Shown: positions 9,920-20,310 of the stretch, piece by piece
Numbering within the stretch: the stretch's first letter is position 1
Layout: each line of letters starts with the position of its first letter
NCBI GenBank assembly: GCA_963842525.1
Contig: CAWJGT010000009.1
Coordinates: 992,001-1,056,000 of the forward strand
Direction of reading: 5' to 3'
DNA from: an uncultured Holophagales bacterium
GTDB taxonomy: Bacteria > Acidobacteriota > Thermoanaerobaculia > Multivoradales > UBA5704
DNA length: 64,000 nucleotides
Program-made: the position numbers and the translations under genes
The notes under the pieces: generated by a model
What the model was told of the DNA's origin: nothing
The model's input: only the letters and a program-made list of their open reading frames with translations
Database searches by the model: none

Positions 9920-10462
9920 GTGTCCACGATGCCGCAGACCGGCCGTCCCCAGGCGGGGGAATACGCCCCGTACTTCGACCGCTATCTCTCGCTGATCGAG
10001 GGAGAGGACCCTCTGCAGCCCCTGGAGGCCCAGGTGGCGTCCTTCCAGGCCCTGGCCGGATTGCCGGAGGACCAGGCCGGGCACCGGTATGCCGAGGGGA
10101 AGTGGACGGTGCGCGAGGTCCTCGGCCACGTGATCGACACAGAGCGCATCTTCGGCTACCGGGCGTTGCGCATTGCCCGCGGCGACCAGACTCCGCTACC
10201 CGGGTTCGACGAGAACTCCTACGCCGAGGCTGCGGGCCACGACGCCTGTCCGCTCGCCGAACTGGTGGAGGAGCTCGTCCTCGTCCGCCGCGGCCACCTC
10301 CTGCTCTTCCGCCATCTCCCCCCCGAGGCGTGGACCCGCCAGGGGGTGACCAATGCGAATCCTGCCTCCACCCGCGCCCTCGCCTTCATGATGGCTGGCC
10401 ATGCGGCCCACCACCTGGCCATTCTCCGCGACCGGTACGGGATCGCGGCAGCTCCCCGCTGA
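9920..10462 (+). CDS. DinB family protein
   Basis: GEYAPYFDRY, YAEGKWTVREVLGHVIDTERIF, GHAAHH. Confidence 0.88.
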   Translation: MSTMPQTGRPQAGEYAPYFDRYLSLIEGEDPLQPLEAQVASFQALAGLPEDQAGHRYAEGKWTVREVLGHVIDTERIFGYRALRIARGDQTPLPGFDENSYAEAAGHDACPLAELVEELVLVRRGHLLLFRHLPPEAWTRQGVTNANPASTRALAFMMAGHAAHHLAILRDRYGIAAAPR

Positions 10463-10480
10463 GAGGTGGGCGGCAGAGGA

Positions 10481-12592
10481 ATGGAGACGCATTTCGAATC
10501 GAGGACAGCGGTTACCGACGTCAGCACGACCGCCAGAGCACTCGAGCTCCTCCGCCTTGGGACGGGCCTTCAGCAAGCCAACTTTCGTGAAGGTCAAGAG
10601 GAAGCGATTCGTCATGTCGTAGAAGGTCGTGGCCGGCTGCTGGTGGTGCAGAAAACCGGCTGGGGCAAGAGCTTCGTTTACTTCATTGCCACCAAGCTGC
10701 TGCGCGAAGCAGGAGCAGGACCGGCGCTGCTCGTTTCGCCCTTGCTGGCGTTGATGCGCAACCAGATCGCGGCGGCCGAGCGGATGGGAGCGCGGGCGGT
10801 CACCATCAATTCCGACAATCAGGACGATTGGGCCGCCGTCGAGGAGGCGGTCCAACGCGACGAGGTGGATATCCTTCTCATCTCACCCGAGCGATTGGCC
10901 AACGAGCGCTTTCGGAATGAGGTGCTGGCAGGCATCGCGGGGAGGATCTCCTTGCTGGTGATCGACGAAGCGCACTGCATCTCGGATTGGGGGCACGATT
11001 TCCGGCCCCACTATCGTCTCCTGGAGCGCATTGTCCGCACGTTACCCACGAACCTGCGGCTGCTCGCTACGACGGCCACGGCGAACAACCGGGTGATGGA
11101 CGATCTGCAGAACGTGCTCGGGCCGAATCTCGCCGTCTCCCACGGCGATCTGCACCGGCCGTCGCTCGTGCTCCAGACGATTCGCCTGCCGAGCCAGGCG
11201 GAGCGTCTGGCTTGGCTGGCCGGGCAGTTGGCCATGCTGCCGGGCCACGGGATCATCTACACCTTGACGGTCCGCGATGCGGTCCAGGTGGCGGAGTGGC
11301 TCCGGTCCCGCGGCTTCAACGTGGCTTCCTATACGGGGGAGACAGGCGAAGAACGGCCCAGGCTGGAGCAGGCTTTGCTGGACAATCAAGTCAAGGCGCT
11401 GGTGGCCACGACGGCGCTGGGCATGGGGTTCGACAAGCCCGACCTGGCCTTCGTGATCCATTACCAGGCTCCAGGTTCGGTGGTGGCCTATTACCAGCAG
11501 GTCGGGAGGGCGGGCCGGGCCATCAAAGCGGCTTACGGGATATTGCTCAGCGGGGTCGAAGAGAAGGATATCATCGACTACTTCATCGATAGTGCGTTTC
11601 CGACGCGCGCTGAAGCCTCCAGTGTCATCGCAGCCCTGGAAGCGGCGCCAGAAGGCCTTTCGATTCCCGAGCTGCTGGGAAAAATCAATCTCAGCTATGG
11701 CCGTATCGAGAAGACCCTTGCTCTGTTGTCGCTGGAATCTCCGGCGCCGATCGTCAAACAGGGCACGAAGTGGCGGTTGACAGCGGTGAATCTGAGTGAG
11801 GCGTTCTGGCAGCGAGCGGAGCGGCTGACCGATGTACGGCGCGCCGAGCATCGGCAGATGCAGGATTATGTGAGCCTGACCTCGGGACATATGGAATTTC
11901 TCATCCGGGCGCTGGATGGGGATCCGGGCACGATCGGCCCGCCCGCGTTACCGCCGCTGCCGACGATCGCAGACCCTGCGCTGGTGCGTGAGGCCCTTAT
12001 GTTTCTTCGCCGGACCAGCTTGCCGATCGAGCCGCGCAAGGCGTGGCCGCAAGGAGGAATGCCCCGGTACGGGCTCAAAGGCAAAATTCCTGAGGGGCTT
12101 CAGGCACAGCCCGGCAAGGTGCTCTGCGTCTGGGGGGATGCCGGATGGGGTGGTCTGGTGCGCCATGGCAAATATCGGGACCGGTGCTTTGCCGATGAGC
12201 TGGTAGAAGCCTGTGCCAATCTGGTCCGAGAGTGGAGCCCGCAACCCCCGCCCGTCTGGGTGGCGTGCATTCCGTCCCTTCGATTCCCTGATCTGGTGCC
12301 GGACTTTGCCCGACGGCTGGCTGCGGCTTTGCAACTACCTTTTCATATGATTTTGGAGAAGACGGATGCCCGGCCGGAACAGAAGGCCATGGCCAACAGC
12401 ACCCAGCAGGCGCGCAACATCGACGGTTCCCTGGCGATCTGTGCTGAGCCGCTTCCCTCCGGCCCGGTCCTGCTCGTGGATGACATGGTGGACTCGCGTT
12501 GGACGTTGACGGTTGCGGCCTGGTTGCTGCGCTCCAACGGCAGCGGAGAGGTGTTCCCCTTGGCTCTTGCTCTGGCAGGACATGAAAAATGA
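10481..12592 (+). CDS. RecQ-family helicase fused to a C-terminal phosphoribosyltransferase (ComF-like) domain
   Basis: [43 protein letters not shown]; C-term [17 protein letters not shown]-binding loop. Confidence 0.9.
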   Translation: METHFESRTAVTDVSTTARALELLRLGTGLQQANFREGQEEAIRHVVEGRGRLLVVQKTGWGKSFVYFIATKLLREAGAGPALLVSPLLALMRNQIAAAERMGARAVTINSDNQDDWAAVEEAVQRDEVDILLISPERLANERFRNEVLAGIAGRISLLVIDEAHCISDWGHDFRPHYRLLERIVRTLPTNLRLLATTATANNRVMDDLQNVLGPNLAVSHGDLHRPSLVLQTIRLPSQAERLAWLAGQLAMLPGHGIIYTLTVRDAVQVAEWLRSRGFNVASYTGETGEERPRLEQALLDNQVKALVATTALGMGFDKPDLAFVIHYQAPGSVVAYYQQVGRAGRAIKAAYGILLSGVEEKDIIDYFIDSAFPTRAEASSVIAALEAAPEGLSIPELLGKINLSYGRIEKTLALLSLESPAPIVKQGTKWRLTAVNLSEAFWQRAERLTDVRRAEHRQMQDYVSLTSGHMEFLIRALDGDPGTIGPPALPPLPTIADPALVREALMFLRRTSLPIEPRKAWPQGGMPRYGLKGKIPEGLQAQPGKVLCVWGDAGWGGLVRHGKYRDRCFADELVEACANLVREWSPQPPPVWVACIPSLRFPDLVPDFARRLAAALQLPFHMILEKTDARPEQKAMANSTQQARNIDGSLAICAEPLPSGPVLLVDDMVDSRWTLTVAAWLLRSNGSGEVFPLALALAGHEK

Positions 12593-13578
12593 GCATTTCA
12601 CTTTCTCCCAATACGCAGGCAATCCTGTTGCTGACGGCGCCGCTCATTGCGGGGCGCAATGAGCCTTCAGCCGATCTATTGACCCCGAGCGAGTACAAGC
12701 AGTTGGCGCGATTCCTCCGCGAAGAGCAACAGCAGCCGGCCGATCTGCTCGAGCTCGATGTATGGAAGCTGCTTGAGGAGCGGCAACGGCTTGTCGACTG
12801 CGACCGCCTCAAGCGCCTGCTGGCTCGCGGTTTTCTCCTGAGCCAGGCGATCGAGCGCTGGCAGGCACGATCGATCTGGGTCCTGAGCCGCGCCGATGCC
12901 GAGTATCCGAAGCGATTGAAAATGCGTCTCAAGGAGGACGCGCCTCCAGTTCTCTACGGCTGCGGGGACGCCGCGATCCTGGAGTCGGGCGGGTTGGCCG
13001 TCGTGGGCTCACGGCATGTGGATGAGGAGCTGATTGCCCAGACCGAAGACGTCGGCCGGCTTGCCGCCCGGGCGCGGCGTACCCTGGTCTCCGGCGGTGC
13101 GCGCGGTATCGACCAGGCCGCCATGCGCGGCGCGCTGGAAGCCGGCGGCCGGGTGACGGCGGTCCTGGCCGACAGCTTGGAACGGGCAGCCCTGAACCGC
13201 GGGCACCGGAGCTTCCTGATGGATGGTCAACTGGTCCTGATTTCGCCTTATGATCCCACGGCCGGTTTCAATGTGGGGCATGCCATGCAGCGGAACAAGC
13301 TGATCTATGCACTGGCAGATGCGGCGCTCGTCGTCAGCTCGGACTATGAAAAGGGCGGAACCTGGGCTGGTGCCGTCGAGCAACTCGACAAGCTGCGGCT
13401 CGTACCGGTCTACGTCCGTTCCAACGGGCAGACCAGCAAGGGGCTGGAGGCCCTCCAGAAAAAGGGTGCATTGCCCTGGCCCGATCCAGGGACTCCAGAA
13501 GCCTTGTCCGAGGTGCTCGCGGCGGAGGTGAGCCCGGGGCAGGACGCACCCAGCCAAGGCCACCTCTTTTCCTCCTGA
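12589..13578 (+). CDS. DprA/SMF (SLOG) family protein
   Basis: [45 protein letters not shown]; ATGA overlap with the helicase. Confidence 0.9.
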   Translation: MSISLSPNTQAILLLTAPLIAGRNEPSADLLTPSEYKQLARFLREEQQQPADLLELDVWKLLEERQRLVDCDRLKRLLARGFLLSQAIERWQARSIWVLSRADAEYPKRLKMRLKEDAPPVLYGCGDAAILESGGLAVVGSRHVDEELIAQTEDVGRLAARARRTLVSGGARGIDQAAMRGALEAGGRVTAVLADSLERAALNRGHRSFLMDGQLVLISPYDPTAGFNVGHAMQRNKLIYALADAALVVSSDYEKGGTWAGAVEQLDKLRLVPVYVRSNGQTSKGLEALQKKGALPWPDPGTPEALSEVLAAEVSPGQDAPSQGHLFSS

Positions 13579-13789
13579 GCTTTCGAACGGCGAGGCGGCT
13601 CCCGGGCCGCCCCGCCGGGATCACCTCACGGCATCACGTCGAGGGCGTCGACGACGCCCATCGTGCCCGGCCGGCCCTCCGCGAGAGGTCGTGGAACGGT
13701 CAGAAAAGGGTCAAGAAACGGTCAAGGCCGCGGCCCCTGGCCTGATGGTCTGGGAGCGGGGCGGCCGGATCGCCGCGGCGCCGCCGAAT

Positions 13790-14209
13790 TCAGAGCCCTG
13801 CCAGCTCGAGGCACTCCTCGGCGCTCACAATGGCGATCTTCGAGGCCTTGTAGTCGCGCCGATTGCGGGTGACGATGGCTTCGAGATTCCACTCCGCTGC
13901 TGCGAAGTATTGGATCGCGTCCTCGAAATCGGTGAAGGTGGAGGCGAGAGCCAGATCGATGATCTTCTCGTTGACCGTGAGGACGCGGGTGACCAGCCTC
14001 AGTGTCCGGAGAATGGCGATCGCTTCCGCCCCGCCGCTCTCCTTCCGGAGGAGGTAAAAGAGGTTGGCAAAGGCCAGAGAGGAGACGTGTCCCTCCAGGT
14101 GCCCATCCTGAAAGGCAACGAACAGCCGGCTTGCCGAAGGGAAGAAGGGCTGTCGGCCGAGAAGCAGGTCGAGGATGACGTCCGTATCGACCAGGACGCG
14201 CCGGAACAT
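13790..14209 (-). CDS. PIN-domain toxin
   Basis: VLVDTDVILDLL, DFEDAIQY, IVTRNRRDY. Confidence 0.88.
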   Translation of the reverse strand: MFRRVLVDTDVILDLLLGRQPFFPSASRLFVAFQDGHLEGHVSSLAFANLFYLLRKESGGAEAIAILRTLRLVTRVLTVNEKIIDLALASTFTDFEDAIQYFAAAEWNLEAIVTRNRRDYKASKIAIVSAEECLELAGL

Positions 14210-14212
14210 GGC

Positions 14213-14461
14213 TCAGGAGTACTTCTTCCGCAGGTACTCGGTGTACTCCTCTCTGGGTTCACCGGTCTCCCTTCCCTTCAGCACGCCCGCCAACTCGGCC
14301 ACGACGCCTGTCAGCTTCTTCCGAGGCGGCTGCTCCGACTCCGCCAGCCTGAGGAAATAACTCTCGACAACTCTGGACAAGCTCAGGCCTCGGCGTTCGG
14401 CGTAGCGCTTCGCCTGTTCGATGGCCTCCTTGTCGAGCTTGAGCGTGAGCTTTGAGTCCAT
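14213..14461 (-). CDS. DUF6364-like ribbon-helix-helix antitoxin
   Basis: MDSKLTLKLDKEAIEQAKRYA...SLSRVVESYF...YLRKKY, directly upstream of the PIN gene. Confidence 0.85.
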   Translation of the reverse strand: MDSKLTLKLDKEAIEQAKRYAERRGLSLSRVVESYFLRLAESEQPPRKKLTGVVAELAGVLKGRETGEPREEYTEYLRKKYS

Positions 14462-14521
14462 TGAGCGTCTCCATCCTTGGCGAGTACGTACGATTCTATC
14501 GGTAACGTACGTCCAGTGCAA

Positions 14522-16171
14522 TCAATCGCCTGCCTGGAAGCGGGCGATCAGGTGGTCTGCGATCCGGAAGCTGTTGGCCAGGATGGTGAGGGTCGGCGAG
14601 GCGCCACCCGAGGTCGGCAGGAAGCTGCCGTCCACAACGTAGAGGTTGGGCACCTCGTGAGTCCGGCACCAGGGATCGAGCACCGAGGTCCGGGGATCGA
14701 GGCCGGCGCGGCAGGTGCCGTGGACGAGGTAGGACGAGGTGCCGCCCAGGCTCAGGGTCTGGAAGTCCTCGGCCCCCAGGTCGTCGAGGACCTCGCAGGC
14801 CCGCTGGAAGAGCCAGCCGCCCGCGGCCCGGTGGTGGGGCGGCACGTCCAGATGAATGCGCGCGACCGGAAGGCCCCACTTGTCGCGCACCTCGGGGTCG
14901 AGCTCGACGAACGTCCGGTCGTTGGGCAGGAAGTCGTGGAAGGCCTCGAAGAAGACGGCCCGCCGGTCCTGGACCTCCTCGCGCAGGCGCCGCTTGAGCT
15001 CCATCCCCCAGAGCGGCGGACCGGAGCCGGCGATCCGGCCGTAGGCGGCGAGCGGGTTTGCCGGGCTCATGTCAAACCGCAGGACGCCTCCCTTGGGAAA
15101 GTCGCTCACCCCTGCCGGCAGGAAGTAGTGGTCCATGACCGACACGCCCAGGAACGGATGCCAGGGACGCAGGGGTAGGCCGGGGTGGCGGTCGATGCGG
15201 AAGCTCGCCTGCCCCATGGTGACCCCATGGAACTGGAGGTGGCGCCCGACGAGGCCACTGCCGTTCGCCAGGCCGTCCGGGAAGCGGGCGGAGCGCGACA
15301 CGAGGAGCAGGCGCGCCGATTCGATCGCGGAGCAGCAGACGAGCACGACCCGCGCCCGCGCCTCGTGCTCCGCGCCGGAGGCATCGAGATAGACGCAGCC
15401 GGTCGCCCGGCCGTGGCGATCGACGAGGATCTCTTTCGCCATGCACCCCGTGCGGACCTCGCAACGGCCGGTCTGCTCGGCGCGCGGGATCAGCGCCTCC
15501 TGGACGCTCCCCTTGGCGCCCGTGCGGCAGCCGAATCCACCGCAGTTGTCGCAGTAGGCGCAGGCCGGCCGGTCCTGGTAGGGCAGGGAGTTGATCGCCC
15601 GCGGCGTGGGGAAGGGGTGGAGACCCCGCCGCCGGCACGCCTCCTCGATGTGCCGGGCCAGAGGATGGCTGTCGAGCGGCGGCAGGGGATAGGGCGCCGA
15701 GCGCGGCCCTTCGAACGGCGTGGCGCCACCCTGCCCGGCCACGCCCACCTCGCGCTCGGCCCGGACGTAGTAGGGCTCGATGTCGTCATAGCCGAAGGGC
15801 CAGTCGGCGATCTCCTCGTAGGGGCCGAAACGGCTGCGCAGGCGGAAGTCGTCGGGGTGGAAGCGGTAGAGATAGGACCCCATGTGAACCGTGCCGCCGC
15901 CCAGGCAGACGGCGATCCAGCCAAGCTCGGTGGGGATGGGGGTGGTCGTCCTGGGCGTGACGACGGTGTGCGGCTCGTCGGCGAGCCTGGGGACGAACGG
16001 CCGCCGCCGGGCATGCTCGATCTCGTCGGCGGGGTAGTCCTCGCGGCAATAGCGCGGTCCCTTTTCGAGGACCAGGATGTCGAGACCCGCCTGCGCGAGG
16101 GCCAGGGCGAGCGGGCCACCGCCGGCGCCGCTGCCGAGGATCAGGGCATCTCGCGGACCGGCACGCGGCAT
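14522..16171 (-). CDS. GMC family FAD oxidoreductase
   Basis: ILGSGAGGG FAD motif, LGGGTVH, CAYCDNCGGFGC, ESARLLL, HGTCRAG, NLYVVDGS, PTLTILAN. Confidence 0.9.
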   Translation of the reverse strand: MPRAGPRDALILGSGAGGGPLALALAQAGLDILVLEKGPRYCREDYPADEIEHARRRPFVPRLADEPHTVVTPRTTTPIPTELGWIAVCLGGGTVHMGSYLYRFHPDDFRLRSRFGPYEEIADWPFGYDDIEPYYVRAEREVGVAGQGGATPFEGPRSAPYPLPPLDSHPLARHIEEACRRRGLHPFPTPRAINSLPYQDRPACAYCDNCGGFGCRTGAKGSVQEALIPRAEQTGRCEVRTGCMAKEILVDRHGRATGCVYLDASGAEHEARARVVLVCCSAIESARLLLVSRSARFPDGLANGSGLVGRHLQFHGVTMGQASFRIDRHPGLPLRPWHPFLGVSVMDHYFLPAGVSDFPKGGVLRFDMSPANPLAAYGRIAGSGPPLWGMELKRRLREEVQDRRAVFFEAFHDFLPNDRTFVELDPEVRDKWGLPVARIHLDVPPHHRAAGGWLFQRACEVLDDLGAEDFQTLSLGGTSSYLVHGTCRAGLDPRTSVLDPWCRTHEVPNLYVVDGSFLPTSGGASPTLTILANSFRIADHLIARFQAGD

Positions 16172-16566
16172 CCGTCGCCTTTCATCTCGTCCGGCGGATA
16201 CCCGAGATAGCTCCATCCCGGGCCGGGAGACCCCGCAAAACCCTCGACGCAGAGGCGGACGAGCCGCGTAAAGAAGTGGCGGAGGGCCGGATCGGGGAGG
16301 GCCTGGAGCCGCCGGAGGACCTCATCCTGCTGCTCCGGGCCTGCCGCGGCAAAGCCGGTCCCGAATGCCGCGCCGGCGACCTCCTCGATGCGATCGAGGC
16401 CGTGGCAGAACAGCGGGTGCCAGCCCAGCAGCCGCTCTTCGTCGAGCGCCGTGGCGACATAGTCAGCGGCTCCGGTCTCCACGGCGCCGGGTCCGTCGTC
16501 CGAGGGCAGGATCCGCCCGGCTGCGGCGGCGAGGGTGCGGCGTTGGAGGTCGGTCAGCTCAGGCAT
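16141..16566 (-). CDS. Gluconate 2-dehydrogenase subunit 3 family protein
   Basis: RILPSDDGPGAVETGAADYV, QQDEVL, FFTRL, GWSYLGYP; overlaps the GMC start. Confidence 0.8.
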   Translation of the reverse strand: MPELTDLQRRTLAAAAGRILPSDDGPGAVETGAADYVATALDEERLLGWHPLFCHGLDRIEEVAGAAFGTGFAAAGPEQQDEVLRRLQALPDPALRHFFTRLVRLCVEGFAGSPGPGWSYLGYPPDEMKGDGCRVPVREMP

Positions 16567-16671
16567 TGCTTGGGGGTCAGGTGTCGAGATCACATCACAG
16601 CGACTTTCCAGGGGCAACCCGGGCGGAAGCGGCGGGGTGGTTGGGTCCACCCCGCCGGCAGGACGACGGGC

Positions 16672-16902
16672 TCAGAGGCAATGATGGGGTGGGCAGGGAG
16701 TACAGATAGCGGTCCCGTTGCAGCTCGGGCCAGTGCAGTAATCCACGGTACAGCAGCCACCCGTGATCGACTTCAAGACCTCGTCGTCCAGAGGAGCGGC
16801 GCCGGCCGGATGTGCACCCAGGCTGGCGCGCTCTTCCTCAGTGAGGCTCAAGTAATAGTCCTCGTCTCTCCAGGCGCGGGCTACATCGATGTTTTTCTTC
16901 AT
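16672..16902 (-). CDS. lanA: Class II lanthipeptide precursor (mersacidin/lichenicidin-type leader)
   Basis: Leader MKKNIDVARAWRDEDYYLSLTEEERASLGAHPAG...ITGG; core CCTVDYCTGPSCNGTAICTPCPPHHCL; GAGGAG RBS; directly downstream of lanM. Confidence 0.92.
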   Translation of the reverse strand: MKKNIDVARAWRDEDYYLSLTEEERASLGAHPAGAAPLDDEVLKSITGGCCTVDYCTGPSCNGTAICTPCPPHHCL

Positions 16903-16966
16903 CTTTCGACTCCTCTCTTCTACACCGCGCGGGAACCGTTCCCGCAACGGATCCGAAATCCGACTG

Positions 16967-19900
16967 TCAACGCGGTCCCTCCAGGATGAGCACGGAGGGT
17001 ACGCGGTGCGGAGCGGCCAGCCGCAGCAGCCCATAACCGATCCCGGCGAGGCCGACCATCAGGCCGGGCGGCTCGGTGCGGCCGGGAATCCCGAACAGCC
17101 AGCCGTGCTCCCGGATGCTCGCCAGAATCCCGCCGGCGATCGCCCCGGACCGCTCCGCCCAGTCCGGCCGCCCCAGGCGCTCCGCCGCCAGGGTCACAAC
17201 CTCCAGGTTGCCCAGGTCCCCATGGCAGAGGCAGTGATTGCGGCCGAAGCCCCTTTCGAGCGTCGATTCGACGGCCGTCTCGATCTCGCCGCGGACAGCG
17301 GGGTCGTCCAGCCAGGGGAGGCCGGCAAGCCGCCCGAGGCCGATGCCGGGCGCGCCGTGGCACCAGGCCCACATGAAATGCGGCTCCGGGGCCCCTTCCA
17401 GGGTGGCCCCCTCCCGCAGGTCGGGCCAGTTGCGCCGTGCAGGATTGTAGAGCGACCGCTCGTATTCGATTCCCTGGAGGGCGGCCTCGCGGAAGCGCTC
17501 GTCGCCGGTCAGCGCGGCCAGGCGGAGCAGCGGCCAGGCGATCCCCGCAACTCCGTGCGAGAGGCCGGCGAGCGGCGTCGGTCCGGCGATCTCCAGAAGC
17601 CAGCCGAGGCCTTGTTCCATAGGAAGGGCGCGCGCCAGGAGCCTCTCGCCGCACTGGACGGCGGTCTCGGCCAGACGGTCCGAGGGGCGGATATCGTGGA
17701 GCGTCAGAAGGCTGATCAGGCAGCCCGCCGCGCCGGCGATCAGGTCGCTGCTCATGTCCTTGGGGATCAGCGGCGGGATCACCTCCAGGGCGATGCGCTC
17801 GGCTTCGGCCTGGAGCGGCTCCTCACCCCATTTCTCACCCCATTTCTCACCCCATAAGGCGCCCAGGTGCGTGAGCGTCCAGACGACGCCGCCCCAACCC
17901 GAGAAGGCGCCGATGCCGGAGCCGAGCTTCTGCCGGATCTGCTCGCGCATCGTGACCACGGAGGCGCGGGCCAGGTCGGTATAGCGCGGCTCGCCCGTGA
18001 GCTCGCCGAGCCAGGCAAGGAACAGGGCGATTCCCGGCAGTCCGAGGTGGAGGTCGAGCCGCGCGGGCTGCAGCACCCAACTCGTCGAGCCAGCCATCTG
18101 CGGCGCGAGCCAGTGTGCGTCCCGCGGGCCGCGCAGCGCCAGGATCTCCAGCCGGTCGCCCACCTCCACGGCCGCCGCCAGGAGATCCTCACGGGACGGG
18201 GGATCGGCCGTGCGGAAGGCGTACTCGGCGTGGTGTCCGGACTGCAGATCGAGCGCCGCCAGCGAGTTGTGAACCAGCCAGGCCTGTCGGATCGTCTCCC
18301 GTTCGTCGAGCCCGGCGAGCCGCCGCACGACCCGTTCCAGGCCGGCGTCGGGCTGCAGGTCCGCGAAGCGCTGGCCGTCCGAGCTCCAGACGTCCCGTGT
18401 GCCGGGCTGGGTGGTGAACATGGGGATGTCCCCGCGCAGCAGGTCGTGGCGTTCGGCCGCGATCAGCCGTTCGGCCACCGGGTGCTCGGCCGCCGCCAGC
18501 CAGAGGCGATCGAGCAGGCGGTCGCGGTCCAGGGCGTCGCCCAGCACATAGGGATGGAAGCTCTCGGAGAACAGGAGGGCATAGGTGCGGGTGGGTCGGA
18601 CGATGACCCGCACCTCGGCCTCCGCGAAGGCCGCGAGCGGCCCGTCCGGCGCGGCCATCTCCTCCCGGTGCTCGCGGAACAGGCGGACCATGCGAGTGAA
18701 GCCGTCGACCACCTCGTCGAGATAGAGGGAGACAGGGGCCGCCTCGCCGCCAAGGGTCGGCAGGTTGTCTCCGGCCGGGATCTCCACCGGCCGGAGCGCG
18801 AAGTGCATCTCGTCCGTGCCCGCATTCTCCGTGCGCAGGACGGGCGGCGTGGTCTGTCCGCTGGTCCCCGCGAGGCCGCTCAGGTCGACCCCCGCGCCGT
18901 CCCTGTCCGCCCAGACGCGGGTGGGGAGAAGGCCGGTGGAGAGGACGGTCTTTTCCAGCACACGGCCGACCCGTGCGTCGTCCAGTTCCCTGCCGAGCTC
19001 ATGCGGCCGGGGCTCGAACAGGGCCTCCAGGTCCACCAGGATCGGATGCTCGCCCGACGCGATCAGGTTCTCCCAGTGGACGTCCGCGGCCTCCAGGAGC
19101 CAGAGCAGGGCCAGGGATCCGCCCTGGCGCCGGTAGAAGCGGCGCACCGCCTCCACATCGGCGCAGGGGCCGGCCACCACGAATTCGATCCAGCCGTAGA
19201 GGCCCTGGTCGAGCAGGCGCAGGGTGCGGAAGCGAGGCTCGAAACCCTTCCGGCCGAGCCATTCCAGGAGGCCCTGGAAGGCGGTCTCGACCCCCAGGGG
19301 CTTCGGCTTGTAGATCAGGCGCAACCCGGAGGCGAAACGGAAAAGGGCCACTGTACGTCCGCCGCGGTGCGAGTCCCCGAGGCCGGTCCGCAGCTCGACC
19401 AGCGCGCCGGGCAAGGTGTCTGTTGCGAAGAGGGCGTGCAGATCCATCCAGTCGGCGGCGAGGCGCTCCAGAAGCTCCCGGCTCACCTCCTGCCAACGGT
19501 CCACCGTTTCGACCGCGGCCCGGGCGAGGACCGGATACTGGCGCAGGATGGCCAGCGCGACCTCCGGGGTCCGCAGGCTCTCGACGAAGCTCTGGAAGCG
19601 CTCCTCGGGCGTCTCGCCGGCGAGACGCCCCTCCTGGCGGGCGAGCTGCAGCTCCAGCACCATCGTTCGGTTCATCACGAGTTGTAGGGAGGAGGGGAGG
19701 TGCGCGGCCAGAAGAGGGCCCGCCGTGGCCGCGTCGAACGGGGCGCCCGGGTGGCGCCTCTCGATCTCACGAATCCTCGCCAGCAGCCGCGAGTACGCGG
19801 TATCGAGGAGAGGCCGGACGGCATGGAGAAAACCGATCGAGGGGCTCTCCGAGGGCACCGGGGGGAACATGTCCGGCGCCGGCCGTCGGAACGCTTCCTC

Positions 19901-20191
19901 CAGGGCCTTCAGCCAGGCAGGGGATGTGGCCTCACGCTCCCGCATTGCCTCCGCCGGTTCGCCCAGGAGGGCGCGGAGCCCGGCCTCGGTCAGGCCGTCG
20001 AGGGCGAGCCGCCGCGCGAAGAAGCCGTCGCGAGGAAAAGGCTCCTGCGCACGCCATCGGGCAAATCGCCTCTCGGCGAGAGCCTCGTCCGTCGCGGCGG
20101 CGTTGCGCGCGGAACGGCCGCACACCGCCGCGCGCTCGCTCAGGGTCAGGGCCCTGTACCAGCCGGACGACGCGAAGACCGATCCATCCAT
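16967..20191 (-). CDS. lanM: Class II lanthipeptide synthetase LanM
   Basis: GDSHRGG, IYKPK, DVHWENLIA, VDLE, RPTRTY, GDIP; cyclase GLSHG, WCHG, CLCHG, GLMVG. Confidence 0.95.
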   Translation of the reverse strand: MDGSVFASSGWYRALTLSERAAVCGRSARNAAATDEALAERRFARWRAQEPFPRDGFFARRLALDGLTEAGLRALLGEPAEAMREREATSPAWLKALEEAFRRPAPDMFPPVPSESPSIGFLHAVRPLLDTAYSRLLARIREIERRHPGAPFDAATAGPLLAAHLPSSLQLVMNRTMVLELQLARQEGRLAGETPEERFQSFVESLRTPEVALAILRQYPVLARAAVETVDRWQEVSRELLERLAADWMDLHALFATDTLPGALVELRTGLGDSHRGGRTVALFRFASGLRLIYKPKPLGVETAFQGLLEWLGRKGFEPRFRTLRLLDQGLYGWIEFVVAGPCADVEAVRRFYRRQGGSLALLWLLEAADVHWENLIASGEHPILVDLEALFEPRPHELGRELDDARVGRVLEKTVLSTGLLPTRVWADRDGAGVDLSGLAGTSGQTTPPVLRTENAGTDEMHFALRPVEIPAGDNLPTLGGEAAPVSLYLDEVVDGFTRMVRLFREHREEMAAPDGPLAAFAEAEVRVIVRPTRTYALLFSESFHPYVLGDALDRDRLLDRLWLAAAEHPVAERLIAAERHDLLRGDIPMFTTQPGTRDVWSSDGQRFADLQPDAGLERVVRRLAGLDERETIRQAWLVHNSLAALDLQSGHHAEYAFRTADPPSREDLLAAAVEVGDRLEILALRGPRDAHWLAPQMAGSTSWVLQPARLDLHLGLPGIALFLAWLGELTGEPRYTDLARASVVTMREQIRQKLGSGIGAFSGWGGVVWTLTHLGALWGEKWGEKWGEEPLQAEAERIALEVIPPLIPKDMSSDLIAGAAGCLISLLTLHDIRPSDRLAETAVQCGERLLARALPMEQGLGWLLEIAGPTPLAGLSHGVAGIAWPLLRLAALTGDERFREAALQGIEYERSLYNPARRNWPDLREGATLEGAPEPHFMWAWCHGAPGIGLGRLAGLPWLDDPAVRGEIETAVESTLERGFGRNHCLCHGDLGNLEVVTLAAERLGRPDWAERSGAIAGGILASIREHGWLFGIPGRTEPPGLMVGLAGIGYGLLRLAAPHRVPSVLILEGPR

Positions 20192-20310
20192 GCGCGAGGT
20201 AATCCGAGTCGAGGCCCGCGAGAGGGCCTCCTACCCAAAGGAGTGCGCGAGGGTGGGAGGCGAGCCGCGCGGTCTTCCACTATCCTAATCCTAATGGCGG
20301 AGGAGCCTGC

